A stretch of DNA of 64,000 nucleotides from Macrostomum hystrix (Eukaryota > Animalia > Platyhelminthes): positions 10,354,001 through 10,418,000 of the forward strand of contig CATNEN010000038.1 in the NCBI GenBank assembly GCA_950097015.1, written 5' to 3'. Under the pieces are notes generated by a model. It searched no databases and was not told where the DNA came from. It saw only the letters and a list, made by a program, of their open reading frames with translations. How positions within the stretch are numbered: position 1 is the first letter of the stretch; every line of letters starts with the position of its first letter. Made by a program: the position numbers and the translations under genes. Shown here one piece after another: positions 25,352-38,654 of the stretch.

Positions 25352-28300
25352 TCAGGGGTGTCTCACTGACGGATGGCCGCCAACGCGACCCTCCTGCACC
25401 ATGACCTGCGCGTCCCAGGCGTTGGCGCCGCGGAAGTCTTCGGCGGTGAGCCGGTCAGGATGGTCCGGCACTGGGGCGGACGCGGCGCTCAGCTCAACCA
25501 AGGTGCGGCGCAGCGTCTTCAGGTGGGCGACGCGCGAGTATGCCTCCTTGAGCCTGTCGTTCATTTCGGCCAGGACGTGGGCGTCGATAACCGCTCGCTG
25601 GACGGACATCTCCGCCTGTCGACGATCCCGCTGTTCCTGCATGTAGCGCTGGACTGATTCGCGAGCCTCGTGCTGCGCCTCCAGCTCCGAACGGGCCAGC
25701 TCACGATTGGCCAGCTGGTGAGCGTCCCGGATCGACTGTTCAGCCGGAAGGAGGTTCAAAGTGAGATTCGATTTCAATTACGCACATCATACCCTCCCTC
25801 CACTTCCTCGTCTCTGATTGGTTAGCTGCTCGTCTCTCTTTCCTCACCACACCTCACCCCAAGATCAGCACCTGAAAGTCGTGCCGCTTCAGCGCGGTCC
25901 CAATAGAATTCTGCTGCGCCGCGAAGCCGATGGCGAAAGCGCGGTCGGCGCGCTGCTTCTGGCGCTGCATCGCCCGGACGCTGCGTTTGCGCGCGTCGGC
26001 GCCGGCTTCGCGCCGTTCGGCCCTGTGCACTCTGTCGAATTCGCGTTCAACTCGCGCGACGCGTTCGGCCTCGATAGCTCTGGCGGCGGTACGCTTCTCG
26101 GAGCGCCATGCGGCCACGTTGAGCTTGGCACGTTCGCGCTCGGTCTGCACTATTAGAGCGCGCTCGGCCAGGTCGAGTGCGCGACGCTCGCGTTCCAGGT
26201 CCTCCTCCAGGCGAGCCCATCGGGTCAGCGCGGCAGTGCTCATGGTGCCCTGAGTAGGCCGGTGTGCATTGTGCGGTAACAAACTGACAGATGGCAAGGC
26301 TATACATGCAGCCAGTGGCACAGCCGCTAGCTAACTAACTTCACCTACCTGTCCGCGCCGCATCAGATGCCAGTCATTGTGAGTAGGCGCCGGCACGGAC
26401 AGCGAAGCGGTGGCCACAGCCGCTAGTGCCTGGTGATAGTCCAGCTCGGCGTCCCGCGCAAAGCGTGCGTCCTTTGCCCGACCCAGCACCATCTGGGCGT
26501 AGGCGTCCAGCAGCTGCACCGGCTCCGACTGGCCCGTCAGCTCCAGCCTGATCAGCCAGGATAAAACAAGGGCGAGAGTTTAATTAACTTCGTAATCTGT
26601 CTGATTTCTTGCTTTAGACGCTAATCGGCTGAGTTGTCTAAATCTCAAACTGAAAGGTCATGAGCTCGAATCCTCGGCGAGGCCACATTAATTCGGGAGA
26701 GAAGGCTCGGGGGGCTTGTCGTGAAATTTATGCCAACAGCCTCTCTACATATTATGAATTTTTTGCTCATTTTGTACCAAAATATTATTGTTATTAAATA
26801 TGTAAAATTACGAAATAAAAAACCAGAGGTGGGAACACAGACAACATTGTGACAATCGTGCGTGATTTTCATGTCAAGCAGTACAACAAAAAACTCCGAT
26901 TCAGTTTCTGCAAAAAGAATGATAAAAATTTTGAAAAAAAACTGCGACGAACTACAAAGAAGTGAAAGCCAAGTTTAGTAAAGGTGTCTGCAATAGATTT
27001 TTTCGCGATTCTGTCGACAATTCACAAAAAGGTGACAAAAAATTATCTAAAAAGTACACGAGAGTACTCAATACTCAAACTAAGGCTACACGAGTACAGT
27101 GCTGCAGAGTGCACAATGAGCTATAATCCCGATTTACCCTGAGTAACCTCGACGAACTGGACTCAGACTGTCAGTGCTGACCTCTCTGGGTCGATTTGAA
27201 TTTTCTGATTTCGTATTTTCATGGCTGAAAATGGTTTTCAAATCGGTGCCAGTATAAACTTGCTTTTTAAATCTTACCTTGCTCCTATATTGATAAAACT
27301 ATCTTAACAGAAGTATGTGCTCATATATTCTATATTGGCTGTTCGAATGTTCGTTCAGTGACTCAAATGTGTAAATCGCTGCGTTTGCTAATAAGATCAA
27401 TTTTCATTCCATGTCAATCAACCTTCCTCGTGTCTGCTAGAACTAGTGAAAGCTCTCCAATTTTACCTGGCACCTGCTGTTTGAGCAGCCTTCGCCGACA
27501 ATAGATCAATCGGTTTAAACAGTTCGGTGGACTCGTGACTCCAGTGCCGAGTGCTCTCGCGTGACTTTGTGCTCATCCTTCGACGAGCGGAATTAGCAGA
27601 GGGTAACAGAAAGTCTCAGTTTAGAGAAGTTTTGGCAGTTAAGGCTGCTTCAACCAAGAACTCAATATAATCATACTTTATGTTTACAATTTGGGTAACA
27701 GAAAAAATTTACTGTGGCGTTTTTTCTTTAAGAAGCAGAATTTAGGCTTAAAATAATAATAATTGCAGGAGGGCTGCGGGCAATGGCACATCATTTAGTG
27801 ACACTGGACCAGCAGCCAGCGAGGAGGCAATTCTGCCCATTTTGCTGACTCCTGAGCACACACGCACACAGATCTTTACGCAGGCACACGCTAACACAGG
27901 TGTGTACATCTGCCCTGACTTTCTCATTGTCAAGCAGTGTACACTTCACTGTGCCTTGGAGGTTGGCCCTTAAGGGCGTGAATTGCACGACAAGCCCCCA
28001 AGCCTTCTCTCCGCGGCTGCGCCCCAAATAAATGTGGCCTCGCCGTGGAATCGAACTTAGGGACCTTGGTGCGAGAGGCAAACGCGTTAACCGCTCTTCC
28101 ACCGACCCCGAATTTAGGCTTTATTATCTGTCTAAATCAAAGTACAAGGGATACTCCAAAAGTTTTGCAATTCGACTATTTTCAGTTGACTATTCAAAAG
28201 TTTCACATCATATTCAAAGTATTCTCCCCGGAATCGCAGACACTTGTGCGCTCGGCCGAGCCATTTGTCCATGAAGCCCTCGAACGCTTCATCCGGGATG

Positions 28301-31300
28301 CAGTGAATCGCCTCCATTGCCCCTTGTTCCAGCTCCTCATCAGACTGAAACCTGCGCCCCCTGAGAGACGTTTTGATTTCTGGAAAGAGCCAGAAGTCGC
28401 AGGGGGCCAGGTCTGGTGAGTAGGGCGGGTGTGGCAGCGTTCCGATGCCCTGCTGGTCCAGAAAGGCTTGAGTAGCAGCAGCAGTGTGAGCTGGGGCGTT
28501 GTCGAGATGAAGCTTTCGCCCTCGCATTCCGTCCTTGGAGCCCGCTGTGTCACGCTGTCGATAACAACTGGCAAGCATTCTTCAGTGTACCAACGGGCAG
28601 TCACTGTGGCTTGTCCCTCCAGCTTCACCAACGCCACCAGGCCTTGGGAGTCGAAGAAGATGGCGAATTCATCCGCTTGCCCTGGGACCGGGACCGCCTT
28701 GCTTTCAAGGGTCGCTGACCACCTTCTGGCACCCACTCTGCACTGCTGCGTTTTTTTTCGACGTCATAATGGTACAGGAAAGTTTCGTCACCTGTGATGA
28801 CCTCTGAACGCCGCTGGTGGTTGCCATGCTCGTAGTGATCGATGAGAAAGTGGCAGAACTCCATCCGGGCCTGCTTCTGGGCATTCGTCAGGATGTGGGG
28901 TATCCACCTGGCGCACAGTATCGACTGCAGCCGATCCAATGCCGATATACACAGCGATCATTTCAGCTGTGATTCGTGGGTCTTGCTCGATCAGTTCCTG
29001 CACGGCAGCAATGTTTTCGTCAATCACTGCAGTCGAAGGTCTTCCAGACCGAGGATCATCCGAAAAGTTGATCTTTGTGCACTGAGCTTTCACTTGTGGC
29101 AGTACCAAATCAGTAGCCGATTTTGGTTGAAAATTGAGCTGAGTGCTAAGTACATGTGCCTTGTGCAGTAGATGAATTTTGGCGATCGTATGATGTACGT
29201 AAGTGGTCAAATTGCAAAACTTTTGGAGTTTAAAGTTTAAAGTTTTAAAGTTAAAAGTTAAAAGTTAAAAGTTTTAGCAAGGCATTAGACAGCATAGCGC
29301 AACTCCACTCTTCGGAGCCGTTCAGCCATCGGACCAGACTGACTGGCGGTCTCACTAGTAAATGAATTCAAAAGAATTTTAAGACTGCTAAACAAAAGTG
29401 GGTTTTTTGTTTTCACAAATTAATAAATTTATTACCGAAAAGATCCCATTGGCAGTTCGTCGTCCTCTTCAACAGTGGGCATCACTGGTCCGAATCTGGG
29501 CCTACCACCAGCTGAGGCCGGTGGCAACTGAGCCTGCTGCTGCTGCTGCTGCTGCAGATTGGTTGCCAGTGGATGCCGAAAGCTGACCCGTCCAACTGGA
29601 GTACCTGGAGGCGCCCCGGAGTTTGCCGCGCCCGAAGCGGCGATGGCCCAGTCCAACTCGTCGGCCTGATGATCCAGGGTCTCTAGCATTGTGGTTAGCT
29701 TCGCAGCTTTGGCCGTTTTATCTAAGCTGGTTCGAACCGCTTCTAGCTGCTGTTGCTGCTCCTGCTTCTCTCTTGGAGAGTAACTCTGCGATTGGAAAAA
29801 ATACTTTTTTGTTTAGTTCAGCTTTCCTACGTTTCCTTTTTTGGAACTCGGGACGGTCGGGAACTCGGACAGTCGGGAACTCGGACAGTCGGGAACTCGG
29901 ACAGTCGGGAACTCGGACAGTAAAGAACTCGGACAGTAAAGAACTCGGACAGTCGGGAACTCGGACAGTCGGGAACTCGGACAGTCGGGAACTCGGACAG
30001 TCGGGAACTCGGACAGTCGGGAACTCGGACAGTCGGGAACTCGGACAGTAAGGAACTCGGACAGTCGGGAACTCGGACAGTAAGGAACTCGGACAGTCGG
30101 GAACTCGGACAGTCGGGAACTCGGAAAGTCGGGAACTCGGACAGTAAGGAACTCGGACAGTAAGGAACTCGGACAGTCGGGAACTCGGACAGTCGGGAAC
30201 TCGGACAGTCGGGAACTCGGACAGTCGGGAACTCGGACAGTAAAGAACTCGGACAGTCGGGAACTCGGACAGTAAAGAACTGGGACAGTCGGGAACTCGG
30301 ACAGTCGGGAACTCGGACAGTCGGGAACTCGGACAGTCGGGAACTCGGACAGTCGGGAACTCGGACAGTCGGGAACTCGGACAGTAAAGAACTCGGACAG
30401 TAAAGAACTCGGACAGTCGGGAACTCGGACAGTCGGGAACTCGGACAGTCGGGAACTCGGACAGTAAGGAACTCGGACAGTCGGGAACTCGGACAGTGAC
30501 ATCATGCGAAGAACCATTGTGAAAGAACCAAGAAGTTTGAAAACTGTGATAATTCGCTTGAAACTCCTATTTGTCGTGCGAAAAGGAAAGCTTTTATTTT
30601 ACTGACTAGGTTCAACAATGTACGATGTACTTGCCAATGTTTAAAATCAGCTGAAAATTAAACAATAAACAGGTTTTTAAGGTCGATTTGAACTTGCGTA
30701 TTTCAAAGCCGACTTTTTTGCTTTAAAGATTCCAGAAAAAACAGCAATGTACTTTTAGGAAAGGAATGACAGCCACTTACCGCCGCTTGCTCTCCGTCGT
30801 CCAGCCGTTTCACGTAGTCGTCAAAGTCGATTTGCGTCTTGTCACCCTCAGCTGTGGTTGACGAAGTTGTTGTCGGCAGCGGCAACGGCCGCATTGCTGA
30901 GGTCCGCGACGGCGGCGGCGGCTTCTGGCCGGCAGCGGCTGTCGTCTGCTGCGTCAGCGTGGTGGCAAGTCGCCCTGGCTTGTCCGGTCGAATTCGACGC
31001 CTGACCAACCAGCCGCGGACGAATCGCTGCACAATGACCACCGGGGAGCCGTGCTTCAGCACCTGCGCGATCTGACTGAGCTGACGCCTGAGCAGACTCT
31101 CCCCTTCTGCTGGGCTTTTGTTCTGAAATAGGGTGTGAATTTTTGCTGTTTCTGCTGGTTTGACTGTCCGATAATTGTTTCTGTCCAACAGCTGCCTTTC
31201 TAACAGGAGTGGGTGTAACAGACATCTTCCAAACAGGTTTTTCTAACAGATGTCCGTCTAACAGGTATCTGTCTAGCAGGTGTCTGTCAAACAGATGTCT

Positions 31301-33102
31301 GTGTAACAGATGTCTGTGTAACAGATGTCTGTGTAACAGGTGTCTGTCTAACAGATGTCTGTAAACTCAATATTTTCCTAATCACCTTCGGATCGTCTTC
31401 CAACGGTCGAATCCTAAGCGCGGGATGAAATGTGGAAAATCTGCCGGCGCCAAACGAAACATCCTCAATGATCTCTTCATCAGAAATTATGTAGTGATCC
31501 AGCGCTTTAAGCGACACCACATTATTGACCATGTGATGCCTGTAGTTTCGTTTGAGACTGATCGGCGTGTCGAATAGTGTCAGGTAAGCGAGGCTTCGAC
31601 AGCCCATCAGGCCGTGAACGGCCGAACGTTTTGCGATGGGGTTGTCGTGCAGGAAGACCACCTGCAGCCACCGCAGATTGGACCACATTGACAGCGAAGG
31701 CAACTGGCATATCTGTCGCGGAGAAATTTTTGATGGAAAAAAATTATGCAATAGTACGAGCTAATATTGATAATAACAAATCCAATACATCTGCCCCAAA
31801 CAGGGCCAGATATGCAGCCGATAGCACAGCCCCAACTATTGCACGGCGCGTCTGAAAGCTGCGTACGGCTGTTCAGTCCATGGACTGGGGGGAAGACACA
31901 CCGACCATCAATTACGCCAGCTAATGCTGGTACCAATTTGTCAGCTAGATGAACTGATGCAATGACGACTTAAGCATTTCGCTAAACAAGAGAAATTTTT
32001 CAGTGCAGTCATAAATCGAACCCTAGACCTTAAAGTCGTGAAACCGACGCTCTAAGCACTAGGTTACAACCCGCTTTTAGTCAATTTTTATACAGCAGAA
32101 TCATCATCTGTACAGATCATCTGTACAGATTACAGATTTTATACTCATCCTAAATTTCTATCTTCAAATTCTAGGAACCTAAATAAATATTTAACTATTT
32201 GAGACATGAGGAAAAATATAATCATCTGCACTTTTTAATATTTAATAAGACCTGGCATAATTTTGTTGCTTATAGACAGAATTTAAATCACTTAATTTTG
32301 CCAATACATTATCGAATTGCCAATGAGTAATGATACTGAATGAGAATTGTCTGCCTATTTAGAAGTCTTTCTACTCTATTTGAATAAAGAATTTAGCATT
32401 TTAACAAAAATTCATATAATTTCCTCACTTAAAACAACTTGATTTATACAACTTATCTTTCAAATTATCATTTCTAGACACATCATAAAATGTGATAATC
32501 GTCTACATATAGGACACTATTAAAAAAAATTTTAAATCACTAAACTTAGGTCAAATCTCTAAAAAACTTAGATATTAAAATTGTGTTTAAAAGTAATTGA
32601 AAATGAAATAACTAAAAATAGAAAAACTTTAAGGTTTATAACCTACCTGATTCCCATGCAGATCCATTTTAGCAAGGTGTTCACAGTGAGCCAATGCGTC
32701 AATCTGTGTTATGTAGTTGTTGGAAAGGACCAAGATTCTCAAATTTCGACAGAATTCTATGGGCCCCAAAACGCGTAAGTGCCTGCCGCTTAAGTTAATA
32801 AACTTTATCTGGAGGAAATCTTTATGCCTCTTTCGATCTTTTTCTTCGTTAGATGAACCGAAATTCTGCAGCATTAGCGTCAGTTTGTGCCGCTCGGCTT
32901 CTGATTCTGGAATTACCGGCTTCGGTGGACCAAATTCACTCAACAGAAAGTCCGAATCCAAGTTAAGAAAGTACCCGTTTTTCTCGGCCATTTGTATTGA
33001 TGCTCGAAGTTCTTTGCCTTCTTTCTTTTTTGGTGCCGAAGAAGGAACGTTCTGGTTTCCATAGATTCTGCTCCATTTTGACCAGTCTTGGATGCTGGTC
33101 AT
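25352..33102 (-). CDS. LRRIQ3: Leucine-rich repeat and IQ domain-containing protein 3-like. Exons 33102-32647, 31712-31386, 31122-30781, ~29780-29436, 26547-26349, 26249-25872, 25735-25352
   Basis: LRR region LILVLSNNYI-like...LAKMDLHGNQ|I, VFLHDN, LTLFDTPISLKRNYRH, LKALDHYIISDEEIIE; IQ motif SPVVIVQRFVRGWLVRR; C-terminal coiled coil ending GFAAQQNSIGTALKRHD. The 5' boundary of exon 4 is not resolved. Confidence 0.85.
27750..28109 (-). mobile_element. tRNA-derived SINE (family B), full length with TSD, in an LRRIQ3 intron
   Basis: Head ggggtcggtggaagagcggttaacgcg...aagttcgattcc, (ATT)n tail, TSD gaatttaggctt at 27738-27749 and 28110-28121. Confidence 0.88.
28143..29229 (-). mobile_element. 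Decayed mariner (Tc1/mariner DD34D-type) transposon, frameshifted and internally deleted
   Basis: DDPRSGRP, RWIPHILT, ITGDETFLYHYD, LHLDNAPAH and HPPYSPDLAPCDFWLF spread over several frames; TIR tacaagggatactccaaaagttttgcaatt vs aattgcaaaacttttggagt; TA at the left end. Confidence 0.93.
29843..30497. repeat. 16-bp intronic minisatellite (LRRIQ3)
   Basis: ggaactcggacagt(cg/aa), ~40 copies. Confidence 0.96.
31765..32072 (-). mobile_element. SINE family A, older diverged copy
   Basis: Matches 7880-8210 (ctgttcagtccatggactgggggg; tRNA-like head). Confidence 0.8.
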
Positions 33103-35023
33103 TTTTAGGCCTACGAAAAGTAGTGAAAGCTTCCGTGAAGATTTTTTTCGCGATAATCGTCTCCAAAGAATCGCTTTAAAATGTGTGTGGTTACACTGGA
33201 TTCGAATGTTAAAACAAAGAAATATTTTTTCTAGATTATGATTGACTAGCAAAAGTAGTTTAACAGGAACGTAATATATCTATATTTCTAGTTATATTTT
33301 AATTAAATAAAATTAATAATTCTTGTAATTCCTTACGTTTATTTATGCTATTTAACGACGCATTTTTAGTCTTGTAAGTCTTGTAGTCTTGTAATTCTTT
33401 TACGTTTATTTATGCTATTTAAAGACGCATTTCTTAGAAAGTTAACTCCACTGATGAGCAGTACAGAGAAGAACTTAAGTTCTATGCAATGCCTCCCCAA
33501 AAAGTAAAAACTTCAAAGTATGAGAATTAGGTTCTTAAAAATATAATTTATATTACATTCATAAGCAATTCGTCTTTTTGTGAGGTTTTTATTTAATATA
33601 ATGTAATGTTATTAGGTACTTATTTGAAATGTACGACTTTTGTATTATAATTTATTGCTATTTTATTGTTATAAATTTGTTTTACCGATGATATTAAATA
33701 TATAATAGAATAAATATAGGTTCAATCAAAAAGAGTTCGGATGATTCGGCAGTTCGCACCCAGGTTCGACCATCAGAAGATTTGAACGCGGCCTTCGACA
33801 TGCTCTTTTATTACAATAAGAATATTTGAACACAGACTTTTTTATTTAGTTGTAACAAATTTTGCAAATCCTAGGCACCCGATGCATATACAAAGACTAA
33901 GATTTCCTACTCAAACTACTGAATAGCAATAACATGCATGCGCAAAGAAGCAGGTAAGATTTTCATTCGAACTCTGCAAATAACGCCCAGACTGATCCAT
34001 CGATGTTTCGTGAGTAAATACGAGCTAGTTAAAGCTATAATTTTGAAAAACTTACACATTTTAAGTTCTTACCGTATGCAAAAATATATTTCTGGTTCGA
34101 GATCGTAATGGAAAGACAAATTTTACATTAATTTTTAGCAATAAGTACAGTATTTGTAGAGAAGGACTAGGAATGCACTAGGAGGCAGTAGGAATGCAAA
34201 AAAATTAAAGACCTATTTAAAAACTTTATTGAACAAACCCGGAAGTCGATGTACTATCATCTTTCCTGGCGTGAGCAGTTCTGCCGTACTAAAGGACCAT
34301 TGTTAGTTTAACAGGACGTAAAACTCAAGGATCATGTAATTTTTTAATACCGATTTCTTGGAAAATATACACTGTGGAGATAAGAAGAAATAACGCTTCA
34401 GCAGAAATTATATAATGATTGCATATTTGATCTGATGCAGTGCAAATCCCGTTCTGCTACAGTTGGCCATTGCGTGGGGATCATGAGCTGTTTCAGTTAA
34501 AAAAGTTGAATTAAGATACTCTTTATACGGCCCTATATACTTTTTCTATAGAACCGCTCCAAAAAACAGCTAAAAGTGCATGCATACTTCTTACAGTAAG
34601 TTAACGGTGAAATTGAATCATTTTCTTGCAGGTACTATGCTTCATTCTAAACTACATGTAACCATGGTAACAGAGTTTATTTTCAAATTCAACATTCTTT
34701 TGTCATTAAGAAACGGCTGGAAGATGAGCAAATAGACTGCCTTTAAACTGTCTTCTGTAATGCATGGCAACAAAGTGCATATTGTAGGCATGAACACTGC
34801 ATAGGCATGTATATACATTAATATAACATTCCAATTCTAATTAAAGGGGAGGCAACGGGCTGGACCTTAACTGCAGTCTCTCCCCTTATGGTTTCAAAAT
34901 TTGACGATGGCTTCGATTTATACAGAAAACTACGTAGCAACCCCAACCATGCCAATAGAATGGCTGCAGATCAGGGGAGTACAAATTTTCAATTCTATTC
35001 TTTGCTGATCTGGACTGAGAGCA

Positions 35024-35026
<3 letters not shown>

Positions 35027-35095
<69 letters not shown>
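35027..35095. repeat. (CTG)n microsatellite, ~23 units
   Basis: Pure ctg run. Confidence 0.95.
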
Positions 35096-35096
<1 letters not shown>

Positions 35097-35686
35097 CCGA
35101 CAAGGGCCAGGTGTTTCTCAGTCTGCATGGCAGCTCTTTCTCTCCTCCCATTGAATAGAGCTTGTGAGGCTCGAGGGAACCCGTCTGTAACTTGCCTAGC
35201 AACACCGCTGCAAAGCCTTCTCCCCACCCCTGTCCTGTCCTCCCGCTCTCTGTGTCTGGCGCGCTTTGAGTTTCTCTCTGTTGCAAAATGGGACACCAAG
35301 AGAAGGGAGGCAACCCACCCCACCTAGCAGGTGGCAAAAGAGGTCCTGAGCGGTCTTGGATGGACAAGGTGTGTTCGCCCAGTCCAATTGGCAGGTAAAT
35401 AGTGGCCTAGCCTTATATTCCTTCCCGCTAAGCCCTAACCAATCCCAAACCCGCGAGGCCTAGCTGCACGCAGTTTTAAATCCGACGCTTCAACCGTGTG
35501 GAATCCGTCATCAGGGGGCGATGCAACTCTTAGCAACACAAAAAAATTGTCGAGAACTTCCTGGCGCCCACAGAACAGGCTCTCAAGCACAAATCTGTTC
35601 TAATCAATAATTGATTTCCGTTGACACACTCAGCGCTCAACTTTCTTTCCCATTGAGCGGGAGAAATTGAGCGGTATTTAAACACA

Positions 35687-36990
35687 ATGTCAGTCAGTGA
35701 TGGCAGCGGCGATGGCCTGAAGGCCTATCAAATCTACGCCGTTGGCGAACGCGACGCCATGTCTGTCAACATGCGCAACGCGGGCCTGGAGTCGCTAAAC
35801 GAGAAGTACGCAACCCATCTGAGAAGCACAATGCGACGGGAGATTAGCCTAATCAGCATGGACCAGCGCAGCCTGCTAAATAGATTCAACACCTACAGCA
35901 TGACGATGGTGGATGACTGTTTGGCGCCGACTAGCAGGGATCGTCGAACCTACGTGGAGTTTCTGAAATCCCGGCAGCAGCAGCAGCGGCAGCAGTCCGG
36001 AGTTGACGACGAGTTCGGTACAATGGTGAGAGTCGCGTTTCGATTTTTTAATTTGCAATAAAACAGTTTGTTCGACATTTAAACACGATATTTTGACGTC
36101 ATAAAATTTATACGACATTCCGACCATAAAACACCGGTAAGCGAAACAAAAAAGAGGATGAGTGGGAAGTGGTGTTTCTTTTATAGTCGGTGGCCTCCCG
36201 TAGGACCAAGTTAAAAGTGCTAAGTTGAAAAACACGTGACAGAATCACGCGGTTTCTAAAAATAGCAACTGACGTCAATAACGAGCAAACGTCCTCATTG
36301 CCTCGTAAGGACAAAGAAAGCCGCCAGTCACGTGATACTAATTACGTAATGGCTGACGCCAGACGGGTACACGCGAGAAGAAGGGGAGAGGGAATGAGAA
36401 TAAAGATAAAGAGAGACCAACGCGTGACAGAGAGGTGATGACTCATCTATGACGGGGGAGAGAAAGCACACTCATAGTACACGCGCAGCCAATGGGGTAG
36501 TTTGTAAAGCTAATTTACAATTAATGGCATCATACAGGACCCAGTGGCCAGATCGCGTAGCTTCATTGAGAGTCAACGAACTGCCAAGACCGACGCCGCC
36601 TCCGCGTCAGCCAGTCTGGCCAGGCTGCGCCTCCTGACGCGGCCGTCGCGCCAATCGTCGCAGTGTCCGCGCCTCGCTGCCGCCCCTGTGGCTCGAGTAC
36701 ATCCGGAGTTCGCGCCTAGCCTAGATCGCTCCAGCCGAGCTCGCACGGCGCCCTCGCCCCAGACACTCCTCCGGATGCACTATCAGCGTGTGGAGCAGCT
36801 AGACGCTGAGGACGAAGACTTCAAGCAGCAGCAGAGGCTTCGCAGAGTTCACTCCACTCTCGGCTTCTCTGTGCACGACGCTCGACTCAGACGACGCGCT
36901 CTAGGAGACGATCGATTCCTGCGTCTTCGAGAGGCGCTGCAGACTGTGCCGCAGGGGCCGTCCCGGCTGCAACAGGAGGAACTCTTTTAA
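35687..36990 (+). CDS. Uncharacterised protein, ~263 aa. Exons 35687-36025, 36538-36990
   Basis: Two GC-rich ORFs joined in phase 0 (ATG|gtgaga ... tacag|GAC); AATAAA just after the stop; helical/coiled-coil character with C-terminal DDRFLRLREAL. Confidence 0.7.
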
Positions 36991-37055
36991 TCGAAGAGAA
37001 TAATAAATTTATTTACCTACTAGCAAATTTCTGACCGACAGGTCGGCTGATCCAA

Positions 37056-37310
37056 CCTACCCCTCTCCTTCCTATCTACCCCTCTCCTTCCTATCTACCC
37101 CTCTCCTTCCTATCTACCCCTCTCCTTCCTTTCTACCCCTCCCCTTCCTATCTACCCCTCTCCTTCCTATCTACCCCTCTCTATCCTATCTACCCCTCTC
37201 TATCCTATCTACCCTCTCCTTCCTATCTACCCCTCTCTATCCTATCTACCCCTCTCTATCCTATCTACCCCTCTCTATCCAATCTACCCCTCTCCTTCCT
37301 ATCTACCCCT
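37056..37310. repeat. 21-bp pyrimidine-rich minisatellite
   Basis: cctatctacccctctc(ctt/tat) units. Confidence 0.9.
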
Positions 37311-37537
37311 CAACATAGATCCTGTCTACTGCTCTTGATCTTCTATCTACCCAGTTTAGAGTGAATTTTAGACAGAATTAAAATGAAGCTTCATTTAACT
37401 AGAAATGCACTTTATATAAAAGTTATTTTCCAATTATATAGACCTAACAGCTTAATCTTCCTTGCCAACTTTTAATGTACTTTTACGCCTTCGCTTTTGT
37501 AAATATAAGTATTTTTTAGTTTAATTTAGTAATCGGC

Positions 37538-37705
37538 AAGTTCAGTTCACCTAGCTGTTAAATGGGTACCAGCATCAGTTGGGGTAATTGAAGGTGGGTG
37601 TGGCGTCCCCCAGTCCATGGACTGAACAGCCGTACGCAGCCTTCAGATGCGCTGCGCAATAGCTGCGGCTGTGCTGTCTGTCGGTTGCACATCTGGCCCC
37701 ATTGA
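37538..37705 (+). mobile_element. SINE family A, 3' half
   Basis: ttcagttcacctagctgttaaatgggtacc...cagtccatggactgaacagc. Confidence 0.8.
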
Positions 37706-38654
37706 GTCAGGTTAACTGTTAATATTTCAGGCAGGAATTCTTTTACTTCTGTTCAATGTCTACTATTTAGTAGTATAACTATAAATAAAACATTTTCAAT
37801 AAATCAATATTTTTGTCGCAATCATTCGTGAATCTAATTTCATTGATCTATTGAGCTATCTTTATTCGCTAATCTTGCGTCTTTGGTCTTACATTCAGAT
37901 AGCAAAGAAATGCAGGTTTTCAGTTCTCTCTGAGACCTACTCAAAGTAGTATCAACCCAATGAGCCGAGGCTATCTTGTCGAAGGCAGTGATTCCAAATT
38001 ATTGAGCAATCAATTGGATAGCCTGCTCAACTATCTCTAATTAGTTTTAGCTGCTAATTGAATGATGAAAGGGGAGAAAGGATATTGTCAGTAAGCAGCG
38101 AAAAATTAATAACGTCGTCAGCTGTATTTCATTTCGCTTCTTTTTGATTTCATTGGTTTGATGCCTCTGCGGGGCTGGACTTAAGTAATTATCTGGACTC
38201 ACAAACAACAACCCCAGAAAGGCAAATCCTGCCCTCCACGAGATAATTAATACCCAGGCGATTCGGCTCATCGAAAAAACAAGGATTTTGTTTAATCAGA
38301 TCGAAAGGGATTTCAGTTACGTCACGCAGCCACGCGCCCAGATGTGTTTCTAAGAATTCACGGCGAAATCTGAAAATTAAAGCAATAATATTTTGAACAC
38401 TCTTTTCTGAGGTTGCTGACCAATTTTGAGAGCTTCATCTTGGCTTGCTCAATTGAGTTAAGGGACATTTTCTCATGGTTTTCCGTTTGTGCTTCAGCAG
38501 TTTGACAATTTGGTGGATGGTGTTTTGAAAGTTCTGTGCTTTTCGGGGGTTAAGTTTTGATGGTTTAGGGGTTTCGGTTTGGGTAGTTTGTGGTTTTGAT
38601 GGTTTAGATAGAGGTTCAAGGGTTTTTGGGTTTAACGATTTTGGAGTGATGGTT

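Noticed and set aside
27465-27615. Extra LRRIQ3 cassette exon
   Set aside because: Open frame and donor exist, but no phase-compatible acceptor; exon 4 joins exon 5 directly (GSFR|LELTG).
34886-35367. PolyQ/polyA/polyS ORFs
   Set aside because: Translations of a CTG microsatellite in otherwise non-coding-looking sequence.
35482-35518. Penelope-type minimal hammerhead on the - strand (CTGATGA...GAAGCGTC)
   Set aside because: GAAA is mutated and stem II does not pair; no tandem copy or Penelope ORF nearby.
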